Assembly (NCBI RefSeq): GCF_020745735.1
Contig: NC_083429.1
Location: forward strand, 50,263,877-50,327,876
Length of the DNA: 64,000 nucleotides
Direction: 5' to 3'
Origin: Hemiscyllium ocellatum
Taxonomy: Eukaryota
The notes under the pieces are model-generated. The model was not told the origin of the DNA. It searched no databases and was given only the letters and a program-made list of their open reading frames with translations. The position numbers were made by a program, and so were the translations under genes. Positions 47,650 to 59,304 of the stretch are shown here, piece after piece (position 1 is the first letter of the stretch; the number at the start of each line of letters is the position of its first letter).

Positions 47650-48345
47650 CACCTTTCAAACACATGACCGGTTTCATCTAGAAGGACAAGGGCAGCAGAT
47701 ATATGGAAACACCATCTCCTGCAAGTTCCCCTCCAAGTCACTCGACATCCTGGCTTGCAAATACATTGCCATTCCTTCATTGTCGCTTGTTCAAAATCCT
47801 AAATCCCCTCCCTGATAATATATTCACAGCAGCCAGTGACAAACACATTCCCAAATGCATATAAAATTGAGAAAAGGTGTTGGCTGTGGCTCAGTGGAAA
47901 TCAATCCCATCTCTAAGTTCCAGGTTTTGACCCAGTGACCCTAAAGAAACAGCAATGTATTTCCATGGTGAGTGGCTTTGAGGGAAACGTGCATGTGGTG
48001 GTGTTCCTACATAAGTCCTGCCAATGTCCTTCTAGATGGAAGCGCTGTCTGAGGATCTTTGGTGAATTTCTGCAGTACACCTTGTAGATGTTACACACTG
48101 CTGCTGCTGAGCATTGGTGGGAGACGGAGTTAATGTTTGTGGATGTGGTGCTGATCAAGTGGGCTGCTTCATCCTGGATGGTGTCAAACGTCTTGAATAT
48201 TGTCGGAGCTGCACTCATCAAGTGGGGTGGGATAATCCATCACATTCCTGATTTATGCCATGCAGATAAGGAGTCAGGAAGTGCAGAATTCCTAGCCTCT
48301 AACCTGCTCTTGTAATCACAGTACTTACATGACTTATCCAGTTCA
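47650..48345. mobile_element. Two oppositely oriented 3' fragments of the second LINE family (47650-47820 plus; 47935-48345 minus)
   Basis: Minus ORF 47913-48221 (MSAAPTIFKTFDTIQDEAAHLI...AAVCNIYK); both share the ttccatctagaaggac...gcaagttcccctc block. Confidence 0.6.
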
Positions 48346-48589
48346 ATTCCTGGTCTCTCCTAACCCCCTCCAGTATATTGATGGTTGCTGTTTATAGGAG
48401 AATACTCTCAATGCAAGTCTTGTTTGTTCTCCTATCACTAAAGGAGACAGATAATGTTGAGCCCAAGACAGCAATAGAGGCAGGAATGTACATTGAATTA
48501 TTTTTGTTGTAATTGTTAAAATCCCTGATATTGAGATTGAAGTTCATGCAAAGTTTTAATCCAATGACATTTCTATGTTTTTCCTGCAG

Positions 48590-48599
48590 GCAACACTAA
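48590..48599 (+). CDS. SCN2B: Probable SCN2B terminal exon 5 (completes K, adds QH*), followed by 3' UTR-like unique sequence
   Basis: Strong acceptor tatgtttttcctgcag; phase 2 compatible with donor AA|gtaaga at 47601. Confidence 0.55.
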
Positions 48600-49279
48600 A
48601 ACAACACAGAAACTATGAGCAAAGATGGAGGCTGACAGTGACCTGCCTCTGGTGAGAACTGTTGGTCTTCGTGCTTCGTGGGATATTTCCAATACGTCTC
48701 TGTGTTCAATCCATTGCCTCGTCACATGAAACATGAATGCTGATATGATACTGCTGTGCTGTGAAACTGTGCTTGCTTCGCCATGCATGTCATCAACCTC
48801 CAAACCACACATAGGTGAAACTGGAAAACCTGGAAGTACCCAATGAGCCATAGGCTTCACACCATCGCTGTGTATATTGCACTACAAGTCATGCCAAATG
48901 TCCTATCAGTGTGGTGACTTCTAACTGGAGATATCAATTATGCATGTTTCAACAGAGCAGCAACACTGTACCTTGCAGTATAAATAGTGCACATTCAGGC
49001 TGATGCTGCATGGCTTCCTTACACACTGGTGAGGGTAATTTTAACATAACCCACTAGCAAGGATTCCCAGGGATTGGGTGCAGTATTGATTATACAGCTC
49101 TCTCGAAATCAGCCTTCAATTGGAAGTAAAATCAAGTGAGCCGCAAAACCAGGAATACTTCAGAAACAGCCAGGGGTCTGGGGGGAATCCGGGTGTAAAG
49201 ATGATTAAAATGTCATGAATAAGGAGAGAAGCTGATGGGAAAGGCTTTTACAATAATGATGGGAAAGGCTTTTACAATG

Positions 49280-49690
49280 TTGGCCTATGGATTCTAAGGA
49301 GTTTAATGCAAGGGACTAGATGTCATGCAACATTAAACCACACTCGGAGATACTGTGAGCATATTTGGACACGGAGCTCTCAGTTGTGAATTTTGGCCTC
49401 CAGCAGAATGTCGTGTAGATTTCCCAGAACACTACCTGGATTCGAAGGGTTAAATCACAGAGAGAACCTGCACGAACGTGGCTAGGAATTTGGACAGTCA
49501 GCAACTGACGATCAAAATTCTCAAGATATTAAGGGGAGCAGATAGAGTCGATAGAGAGAAGCTATTTGTCATTGGTTGTTTGAGTCTGGGATGTAGTATA
49601 AAAATAAAAGCCTGATCTTTTAGGAGTGAAATTAGGAAACATTTTGACACACAAAAAGGGCATTTGAAGTTTGGACTTCACTTCTGCAAG
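49280..49690 (+). mobile_element. Degenerate CR1 3' fragment (host of the Penelope insertion; resumes 52280-52470)
   Basis: accacactcggagatactgtgagc...aggagtgaaattaggaaacattttgacacacaaa. Confidence 0.55.
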
Positions 49691-49734
49691 CAGATATTGT
49701 TTTGGTTCTGTTCGCCGAGCTGGGAATTTGTGTT

Positions 49735-49774
49735 GCAGACGTTTCGTCCCCTGTCTAGGTGACATCCTCAGTGC
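49735..49774 (-). ncRNA. Minimal hammerhead motif, family B (inverted arm)
   Basis: Reverse complement of the 52162-52201 motif. Confidence 0.68.
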
Positions 49775-50093
49775 TTGGGAGCCTCCTGTGAAGCGCTTCT
49801 GTGATCTTTCCTCCGGCATTTGTCGTGGTTTGAATCTGCCGCTTCCAGTTGTCAGTCCCAGCTGTCCGCTGCAGTGGCCGGTATATTGGGTCCAGGTCGA
49901 TGTGCTTATTGATTGAATCTGTGGATGAGTGCCATGCCTCTAGGAATTCCCTGGCTGTTCTCTGTTTGGCTTGTCCTATAATAGTAGTGTTGTCCCAGTC
50001 GAATTCATGTTGCTTGACATCTGCGTGTGTGGCTACTAAGGCTAGCTGGTCCTGTCGTTTCGTGGCTAGTTGGTATTCATGGATGCGGACCAT

Positions 50094-52135
50094 AGATCAG
50101 GCCGTCACCAAAGGACAGAACAGGACCACACACCGCCAAAAAACGGCACTAAAAGAAAAAATGGCCAAACTAACACTTAACAGAGAGGACACCACAACAC
50201 ACATCTGGGTTAGAAACCTCTCCCACAGACAGCTCACAGACACGGAAAGAACAATACTGGCCAAGGGACTCAACTACAACCACAGGGATGCCAAGACAGC
50301 AGACTTCCTAGCAGCACTAGAATGCACACTCAGGAACAATGGACTGACAGAAGAGACACAACAAACAGTGAGACAAAGTATCGTACCTCTGATAACAAGG
50401 AAAACACAAATACATAACCTCAACACCAAGGAGAGGGAAGCACTAAAATCATTAAGAAACGATAAGAACATAATCATACTTCCAGCAGACAAAGGCAGAA
50501 TGACGGTCATACTGGACAAAGCAGACTACATCCAAAAAGTGCAACAACTACTTGCAGATACCAACACCTACCAAAAGAGGGAGTTTGACCCCACCCCACA
50601 GCTCACCAAAAGGATAAACAACACACTGAGGAATCTACAAAAAAATGGACAGATAACCAGGTTTGACCTACAGAGAATGAAACCGGAAAGCAACAACACC
50701 CCCAGATTCTATGGACTACCTAAAGTGCACAAACCAGACATCCCACTCAGACCCATAGTATCACTACCAGGGACACCATCACACAAACTGGCTAAAGAAC
50801 TACAGCAGAAACTGAAACACCTGATCAGCAGATCCAGACACTCTATACAATCAACACAGGAATTCTTGGACATCATCAGAAATATACATGTGGCAAGGAA
50901 GAAACTATGGTCTCATTCGATGTAACGGCACTGCTCACCTCTATCGACAAAACGCTAGCCAGAGAAACAATAGCCAACCTGCTGGACGTACAGAACAGAT
51001 AACAGGACGTTGAACCTATCAATAAAGACGGCATACTCAAACTACTGGACCTGTGCCTCACAACACACTTCACATTCAACAACCAAATATATGAACAAAT
51101 CAATGGCACACCTATGGGCTCACCCATCTCTGGACTCATAGCAGAAACTGTAATGCAAAGATTAGAACAAACAGTCTTACCGCAAATTCAACCGAAATTC
51201 TGGGTCAGATATGTGGATGACATCTTTGTAATCATTAAAAACACAGAAATAGAGAACACACACCAGATCATCAACGCCCACACTCACAGGAATCTGATTC
51301 ACTAGAGAGGAAGAAAAGGACAACCAACTCCCATTCCTAGACGTGATGGTATAGAGAACATCGAAAGAAGAATTCACCACAAAGGTATACAGGAAAGCCA
51401 CACACTCAGACCAAGTCCTGAACTACGAAAGCAACCACCCCAACACACACAAAAAAGAAGTTGCATCAAGACACTATTCAAAAGGGCCACAATACACTGC
51501 AGTGCACCAGAACTGCAAAAAGAGGAAGAAGAACACCTATACAATGTATTCACCAAAAACAGATACCCCCGCTATTTCATCAACAGGTGCCTAAGGGAAA
51601 GACAACAGAATGAGGACATGCCACAACCCAAAGGACTAGCCACGCTACCATACATCAAGAACATTTCCGAACTGACAACCAGACTACTGGGACTCATAAC
51701 AGCACACAAACCAACAGCCAATCTCAGACAACTCACCAGGACGAAGGATCCAATACCCAGCATGAGCAAAACCAATGTAGTGTACAAAATCCCAGGCAAG
51801 GACTGCACAAAACACTACATAGGACAAACAGGAAGACAGCAAATGATCCGTATCCATGAACACCAACTAGCCACGAAACGACATGACCAGCTATCCTTAG
51901 TAACCACACACGCAGATGACAAGCAACATGAATTCAATTGGGACAACACTACTATTATAGGACAAGCCAAACAGAGAACAGCCAGGTAATTCCTAGAGGC
52001 ATGGCACTCATCCACAGATTCAATCAATAAGCACATCGACCTGGACCCAATATACCGGCCACTGCAACGGACAGCTGGAACTGACAACCGGAAGCTGCAG
52101 ATACAAACCACTACAAATGCCGGAGGAAAGATCAC
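50094..52135 (+). pseudogene. Disrupted PLE ORF: reverse transcriptase plus GIY-YIG endonuclease
   Basis: FYGLPKVHKPDIPLRPIVS, VSFDVTAL, GTPMGSPISG, RYVDDIFV, LPFLDV, NVVYKIPGKDCTKHYIGQTGR; frameshifts (e.g. near 50890, 51280) and stops (near 50999, 51987). Confidence 0.93.
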
Positions 52136-52161
52136 AGAAGCGCTTCACAGGAGGCTCCCAA

Positions 52162-52201
52162 GCACTGAGGATGTCACCTAGACAGGGGACGAAACGTCTG
52201 C
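52162..52201 (+). ncRNA. Minimal hammerhead motif, family B (3' end)
   Basis: GCA-CUGAGGA-U-GUCACC-UAGACA-GGGGAC-GAAAC-GUC^UGC; stem II has one A-G mismatch. Confidence 0.68.
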
Positions 52202-53289
52202 AACACAAATTTCCAGCTCGGCGAACAGAACCACAACAACGAGCACCCGAGCTACAAATCTTCTCACAAGCAGATATTAATGCTACATCTATTGTTAATT
52301 TTAACTCTTAATAGAATACTATTAACTGAAGGCATTAAAAGATATGGGACAGGTAAAGGCAGGTATATATAGAGTTAATTGTAGTTCCACTATGTTCAGG
52401 CAGGAGTGTTTTGGTAGGATTCTTATTGAATGGTAGAAAAGGGCTCAGGGGAATAAATGGCTTGTTCTTGTGCACCCAATCTCCTGTTTCCATTGGGCGG
52501 GTAAGGTCAAAATTGCCCTCAATATTAATATTGTTGCTGACTTTAATTCATTTTGAACATCGCCACAAAACATCATTGTGAAAACTTGGAAGCTAGTGTC
52601 TCTACTGATATGGTTAAGAGGTCCTGAATGTATTATGGTGTACAGTGTTTTATTGTCCAAAATCCTTATAATTCTAAGAATAGGGGAAACTTTGAAAATG
52701 GAGGTTTAGACACGGTGGTTGTAAGTTGGCCACCTCAATACATCTTCTGTTGCCTCTCTCCCTTGGAAAAAGAGGGAGTGAAGGCTGTTTTTCATGTGCA
52801 GAATGTTTGGGAAGTTTTGTGTAGAGTAAGTGAATTAACTCAGGGCTGGACTGAGAGGAACTATCCTTGAACAGAAAGGAACATTGTTGCAACAGTCTTT
52901 CAACAGGACTAGAATTCTTGAAACCAGAATATATTGACTGGCCAACAAATAGTCTAAATTTATTATTCTAGTCATTGACAGGAGAGGGCTGCAGAATGAT
53001 TTTCACAGTCCTTGGGAATGACCAGGAGCTTTCCAAAATTGGGAATTCCTGTCCCAAGCGCTGTCTACAGCAGTTTGACAATCTCTGATTTAATAATCCC
53101 ACTGCTTTTGTGTTAACATGAATAGCAGATATTGTACCCCAGCAGTGGGAGCCAGGATCAGATTCATGTGTCTTTATTTTAAACAAAATTATTTCCAAAC
53201 CATTCCCACGGAGGTCATCACCTGTTCCAGCTGAAAGCCATCGTAGACATGGAGCTGAAAGCACCCAAGGGGCAGGGTGGCTCTGTAGT

Positions 53290-53830
53290 CTGACATGTGG
53301 AACAGGGAATGGGAGATGGGGACTCAGTGGGGGAAGAAGGAGACTAGGGAAATGGGGGATAGGAAGTGGGAGACTGTGGAATGAGGGTTTGGAGTCTTGG
53401 GAGCAGTGGAGAATTGAGGATTTTTGGATTTGAAGATGGGGACTCAGGGAAGAAGGGATCTGAGGACTGGGGTGTCATGATCTTGGAGACTCTGGAGAAT
53501 TGGGGCTTTTTGTGGGTAGAGAAAGAGGAAAAGGAGACTGGGGTATGTGGGCTCAGAGCAGGGTAGAGACTAGGGGATGCAGGCTCAAGGGACAGAGACA
53601 CTGGGGAATGGGGGCTTTAGGGAGTGGGAGACTGGGGAATGGGGGGGCTCAAGAAAGTGGGAGATTGAGCAATAGGGGCTTAAGAAAATGGGAGACTGGG
53701 GAATGGGCCTTTAGGGAGTGGGAGACTGGGAATAGGGGCTTTAGGAAGTGAGAGACTGGGGAATAGGGTCTTTAGGAAGTGGGTGACGGGGGAATGAACG
53801 CTCTGGATCTCAGGGATGCCTGGGACTTGG
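53290..53830 (+). repeat. G/A-rich low-complexity region with about 31-bp minisatellite (about 53590-53790)
   Basis: Repeats of gggagactggggaatgggggctttagggagt and variants; strong G skew. Confidence 0.75.
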
Positions 53831-54394
53831 GGCTTTTTGGGAGGTGGGAGAGGAGGTGAGGGCTCAGGAGAGAGAGACTGGGGGCTGTTGAATTGCAGGG
53901 TGAGAATGGGTGGGTTTAGGGACCAGCACTCCTGCAGAGCTGGGTCCAGTTGCAGGAATAACTGCAGCAGTGAGTGAGGGTCAATCAGTAAACAGACATG
54001 TAAACCGTGGGTCCTCACTTGGGTCCGAAGAGAGAAAGGATCTTCCCACAGAGGGAGTGAGCAAGTGGGAAATGGGAAACCAAGATTTTTTTGTGAGCAT
54101 CAAGGGGGAAGGAAAGAGGAATGGCCTGATACTGAGGGCTATTAGACCTCAGAAACTTCACCACATCTGGTCAGTGAGCACAAAGGGAAGTATAGGAATC
54201 TTGATCATGCAATCAGATACTACATGGCCAGAAGATAATGTGATCAGAACTACAGGAATGCTTCCAACCAGAGATGGCAACTCTATTTTCTTGATTTCCT
54301 GTTTGAGGTAGGCTGAAATTCCATCCCAACTTTTCCTGGGTGTTACTGATGATATTCTATTCATGCGATGCTTTGTATCAGGCAACGATGCTGA

Positions 54395-55450
54395 GGTCCT
54401 GTGTTGGACTTGAGTGGGCAAAGTTAAAAATCACACAACACCAGACTTTGGTCCAACAGGTTTATTTGAAAGTACAAGCTTTTGGAGTGCTGCCCTTTGT
54501 CAAGTAGCTAGTGGGGCAGCATACATAGGATTTTTAAGTAAAAGGTCAAAGTGAAATTCAACAGATGAATGGACACTACACAGCAATCACCAGACAGAGG
54601 TGTTCCCTCCCAGTGGGAGATCACTTCAGCGGTCAGGGACATTCAGCCTTGGATCTTTGGGTGAACGTCCTCCCCTTTGGGATATGCAACAACGCAGAGT
54701 GGTCGAGCAGGGGCTCATAGCCAAGTTCAGTTCTCATGAAGATAGCCTCAACCAGGATCTTGGGTTCATTTCACACTACAACTGAACCCACCACAATATC
54801 GAATCTCACACATACACACACACAACCTCTCTCACACGCATTCACACACTCATATGCAGACCCTCTGACAGGTGTATATTTCATCACACTTGTGCACACA
54901 CAAATAGACAAACACACACAGTCTCTCCCTCTCATGCACACATTCATATAAATCTATGAGGTTAATTTGCATTTGCAGATACATTCTATTTTGTTCAAAA
55001 AGCACACAATCTGTAGGCAGTCAATCAATGTGACGTTTTATAAATTCCTGCTTTGGAAATAAAACCAGTTTGACTCCAGGATGAGATATAGACAGACTCT
55101 GACCTCATGCCTTTAATGCATTGTCTGAGCCGAGATGTCACCTTGTATTAATATATTGATAAAACTTTAAGTTATCTCGAGGCTGTGACTTGAAAGAAAT
55201 TCTGGGATTTACATATTAATCAATCAAAACCTGTGTCACCATTCTAAGCGATTCAAGACTTAACAACCATCTGGTTTTGGTTAATATATCACATCAGTTA
55301 GATGACACTTTGACCTTTCACTTATAAATTCTGTGTCCTATGTATCCTGCCCCATTAGCTACCTGACAAAGTAGCAGCGCTCCAAATGCTTGTACTTTCG
55401 AATAAACCTGTTGGATAATAACCTGGTGTTGTGTGATTTTTAGTTTTGTC
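54395..55450 (+). mobile_element. Penelope-like family D 3' end with inverted 5' arm
   Basis: GIY-YIG C-terminal remnant (LPVGDHFSGQGHSALDL...QQRRVVEQ.LIAKF..HEDSLNQDLGFISHY), CA-rich tract, inverted arms about 54395-54520 and 55345-55450; hammerheads decayed. Confidence 0.75.
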
Positions 55451-56202
55451 TCAAGTGAGCAGACTGAGGTTGAGTCAGCTCAGGAAGTGAAAGATGGTCT
55501 GAAATGCACCCTTTCTCTCACTTCCTTGCATTACTGTATTTGGAATATTCCTTAAGACCTCAGGGCTCCAACTAACCTTCAACCCCTCACCAGCTGAGTA
55601 GCACTTGTTCCCTGGAACAGGTGTACCAGACTCACTCGGGGCGTGTCCAGAAGCTGTGCACAAAAAGATTGAAATAAGCCACTTTTTTTAGTTGTCATGG
55701 GCTTCAGTCTGAAGGGCATCTCTAATTTCAAGTGCTTTTGATGAGCATACAGAAGCACATTTGGAATGGATGGGGATGTATCCAAATGATAACCAGATTC
55801 AGGATAATACCTGGTTAAACTAAACAGGAGCATTTACACAAACCAGGGTTGGATTCCTTGGAATTCAGAAGATTGAGGAATGACTTCACCAAAGTTCTGC
55901 AGATGTTAAGTGGTGTATAGTTGAGACTCAGTGTTGAAAGTTAGAAGCAATGATTTGGCATACTGATTGCTGCCCCACTACAAATAACCCAGAGAAAAGA
56001 TCAGTAGCCAATTAACTGACTGGTTAGAAGCCCACTCACAAACAGTAAGGCTGTGGGGTGGGAGGGGAGGAGGTATTAAACAAGCTCCGAATGGGAGTTC
56101 TGCCCATTAGTGGGAAGGTGACCCACTATCTGAACTTTCTGACAGCACTAGAGCTCCCTAGAGAACACTTTTGGAACTGCAGGCAGGCCTCTACAGGAGG
56201 CT

Positions 56203-57117
56203 AGATCAGAGTGGTGCTGGAAAAGCACAGCAGGTCAGGCAGCATCCGAGAATCAGGAAAATCGATGTTTCGGGCAAAAGCCCTTCATCTGGAATGGAGG
56301 CAGGTAGCCTCCAGGGTGGAGAGATAAATAGGGGGGGTGGGGCTGGGGAGAAGGTAGCAAAGTGTACAATAGGTGAATGCGGTTGGAGATGGAGGTGATA
56401 TGTCAGAGAGGAGGGTGGTGAGGATAAGTGGGAAGGGAGATGGGCAGGTAGGACAAGTCATGAGGACAATGCTGAGCTAGAAGGTTGGAACTGAGGTAAA
56501 TAGGGGGAGGGGAAATGAGGAAACTGGTGAAGTCCACATTGATGCCCTGGGGTGCTTCAGGGAACATCTCCGGGACACTCGTACCGATCAACCCCACCGC
56601 CCAATGGCCCAACATTTCAACTCCCCCTCCCACTCTGCCGAGGACATACAGATCCTGGGCCTCCTCCACCACCACTCCCTCACCACCTGACGCCTGGAGG
56701 AAGAACGCATCATCTTCCGCCTGGGAACACTTCAACCCCAATGTTGACTTCACCAGTTTCCCCATCTCCCCTCCCCCCATCTTACCTCAGTTCCAACCTT
56801 CCAGCTCAGCACTGTCCCCATGACCTGTCCTACCTGCCCATCTCCCTTCTCACCCATCCGCTCCACCCTCCCTTCTGACCTATCACCTCCATCCCCACCC
56901 CCATTCACCTGCTGTACACTATGCTACTTTCTCCCCACCCCCACCCTCTATAATATATCTCTCCATTCTGCAGACACTCTGCCTTTATTCCTGATGAAGG
57001 GCTTTTGCCTGAAGCGGCGATTTTCCTGCTTCTCGGATGCTGCCTGACCTGCTCTGCTTTGTCAGCACCACTCTGGTCTAAACTCTGGTTTCCAGGATCT
57101 GCAGTCCTCACTTTTCC
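56203..57117 (+). mobile_element. Penelope-like family A with inverted 5' arm (56203 to about 56553)
   Basis: 12-bp TSD ctacaggaggct at 56191-202 and 57118-129; GIY-YIG remnant CFREHLRDTR...QHFNSPSH; both hammerheads mutated. Confidence 0.88.
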
Positions 57118-57470
57118 CTACAGGAGGCTTCAGTTCAACAGTAATTCAATGTGGTCAACAAATGTAGCTGAGTCAGTGAGGTCTATATCCCATTAATGAA
57201 TTCAAGAAAAACACGTTTAGTGGGGGCCTATAATGCCTAGCACAGAGAAATAGCATGGGAGCCAAATGTTTGAGGGCAGGGTCAAAAACTGAGAGCCCGT
57301 CCTTTTCTGAGTGTGGTTTAAAAAACCCATCAATTTGGAATCCACTTCAAAACAGCAATTGACAGAATTTTGTTAACCTGATGTGTTAAGGGACATGGGG
57401 TGGAATCCTGCTGGGGTACTGTCTGTTGGTCAGAGAACCACGGAGAGAGACCCACATTGTCTCTTTTCAG

Positions 57471-57650
57471 GATAACCCTCTGAACCCCAAGCCCAGGCCA
57501 GCCAGAAGGCCTTCCCCTGGGGCTGACACCCTGCCATTGAGAGCTGCCAGTCAGTCAGACAGAGGCGCTGGCAGCTCCAGCACTCAGCAGGAGATAGCCA
57601 TGGCTGCTGATGAAGCAATTCCCAAGGATCACAGTGGAGCCAAGACAGAA
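57471..57650 (+). other. Orphan exon-like segment (180 nt, phase 0/0, open frame)
   Basis: Acceptor ttgtctcttttcag, donor GAA|gtaagt, 60 codons without stop (DNPLNPKPRPARRP...MAADEAIPKDHSGAKTE); no recognisable homology. Confidence 0.3.
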
Positions 57651-59304
57651 GTAAGTAACTCACTGATGGTTTCCTGGATTTGGGTTTGCAGGAACCAAAA
57701 ACATAGGCGGAGGTGGGATGTGGTTCCTTGCAGTGTACCTCTGTCCATTGTCCAGACTGTCAGTCAGGTCTTGGGTACCTTTGATTGCAGGATCCCCCAT
57801 CTCTGGGATGACAAGTTGCCCACGGGATTGTAGCCAGCATCCACACTGATTAACTACTGTAGCTGGGACAATGCCAGGGGTGGAGGCTTGTTGAGGTCCT
57901 TAAGCAGTCACTAGTAGGCCTCAGATGCCAACAAGATGGCAAAGTCGAACCATAGGCTTTGCCACCTCGAAATTAGTTCTGGCAGAGATGGGAAAACAGT
58001 GGAGTCTTGAGGGTGCCTCTATGCCCCCTAGTTGAACACCCATCCCATCTCTACACTCGCCAACTCTGAGAGTAGGAGATTCAGCTTGGGGAGTTACATC
58101 ACAGGTCTTCCGAATTGGTGGAAAAGACTTGCTGGGCAGAATGGGCTCCTCCCAATCCAGGTGGGAAAGGCAATTGTAAATTTAGGTACAATGGGGCCTC
58201 AGTTCCTGATCCTGTTGGTGATGGGGGACATATTTCCACTTTAGTCAGAGCTGTCAATTCTGAGTTGCTGTAATCCAAGCAGTTTCATCGCACGATATCT
58301 GACCTCCCCACAACCCAATGCGCATCACCAATGCCGCACCCCCACCCTGTCACTTGTCATTATTCGTCCCACACATTGATCAGTGTGGTCCTCTCTCTTC
58401 CCACAGGCAATGGGAAAACAAACATTCTTTGTGACCTAAATGGATCGTTCCTGATGAAATATCAAATGCTTTTTGTTTCTATCCCACCCATTTTGATATT
58501 TTTGTAACTAACAAAAGTGATCACCATTTGTAACAAGATGATATTCTTCCTGCGGGCTTTAGCTGATAACCATGTCCAGGAGGCATCGTTGAATTCCCGG
58601 AAACTCCTCAGCAAACTTTGCTTTGCTTGATGACTTCCTTTTTACTGATTTTTCTGTAAATTTCCCAGTTTCTATGCTCCAGCAAAGCCTCCATCCCTAT
58701 CCGTTTTGTTATTTATGTGATATCCCAACAGAACTAAGCTTTAAATTTCACTCCAAATAGCCATCATAAATCACCTCCCCCAATGCTCAAATACGTACTG
58801 ACTCACTACAACATTTTGCCGAATAATGTCGAAAAGGGTTGAGGTATTTGAGAACTATTACTGTTTTTATATATTTTACATGGTGTTTTCCCCATTTGGG
58901 GGGGATGTTTTCAGTACTGCCAATATTATATGAGGGGGATTGTAAGGGGTACTGGATATCTGTTAGTTGTAACAAGGTTAAAAATAAAGTAAATGTGATT
59001 CAAATAATGCTGCACGGTGTTCTGAAGTTTCTTCTTATATTTTCTTCAATCCATCCGCCTAGAAAGCTGTTGTTAAGAGCGGGGCCTATGCAATCACTAA
59101 ACTACGTTTACATTGGCCACCTTTGAGGTTGAATATAGTTCATGCCATTAAGCTATTTTAAATAATAGTGTGTTGATTCAATATAATGCAGTGTACCTGA
59201 TCTACACACACTGTCCACTCTCCAATGGAGACATAAAGGACTGTGACCTAGAGTGAAAGTTGTAAAGTCAAAACAATTGGGAGCAGGGATAGACTTATCA
59301 AGGG

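Larger units (their letters stand above)
49699..52266 (+). mobile_element. Penelope-like retroelement family B (Penelope/Poseidon type) with inverted 5' copy of its 3' end
   Basis: 49699-50093 is the reverse complement of about 51843-52238; 12-bp TSD caagcagatatt at 49687-98 and 52267-78. Confidence 0.93.

Noticed and set aside
49849-50925. 358-aa ORF, the longest in the track, as a novel chimeric protein
   Set aside because: It reads through the antisense arm into the truncated PLE ORF. The same antisense frame is also open in the right arm (51815-52135), it starts at TTG, and it frameshifts before the RT catalytic motifs. Best explained as a by-product of the inversion.
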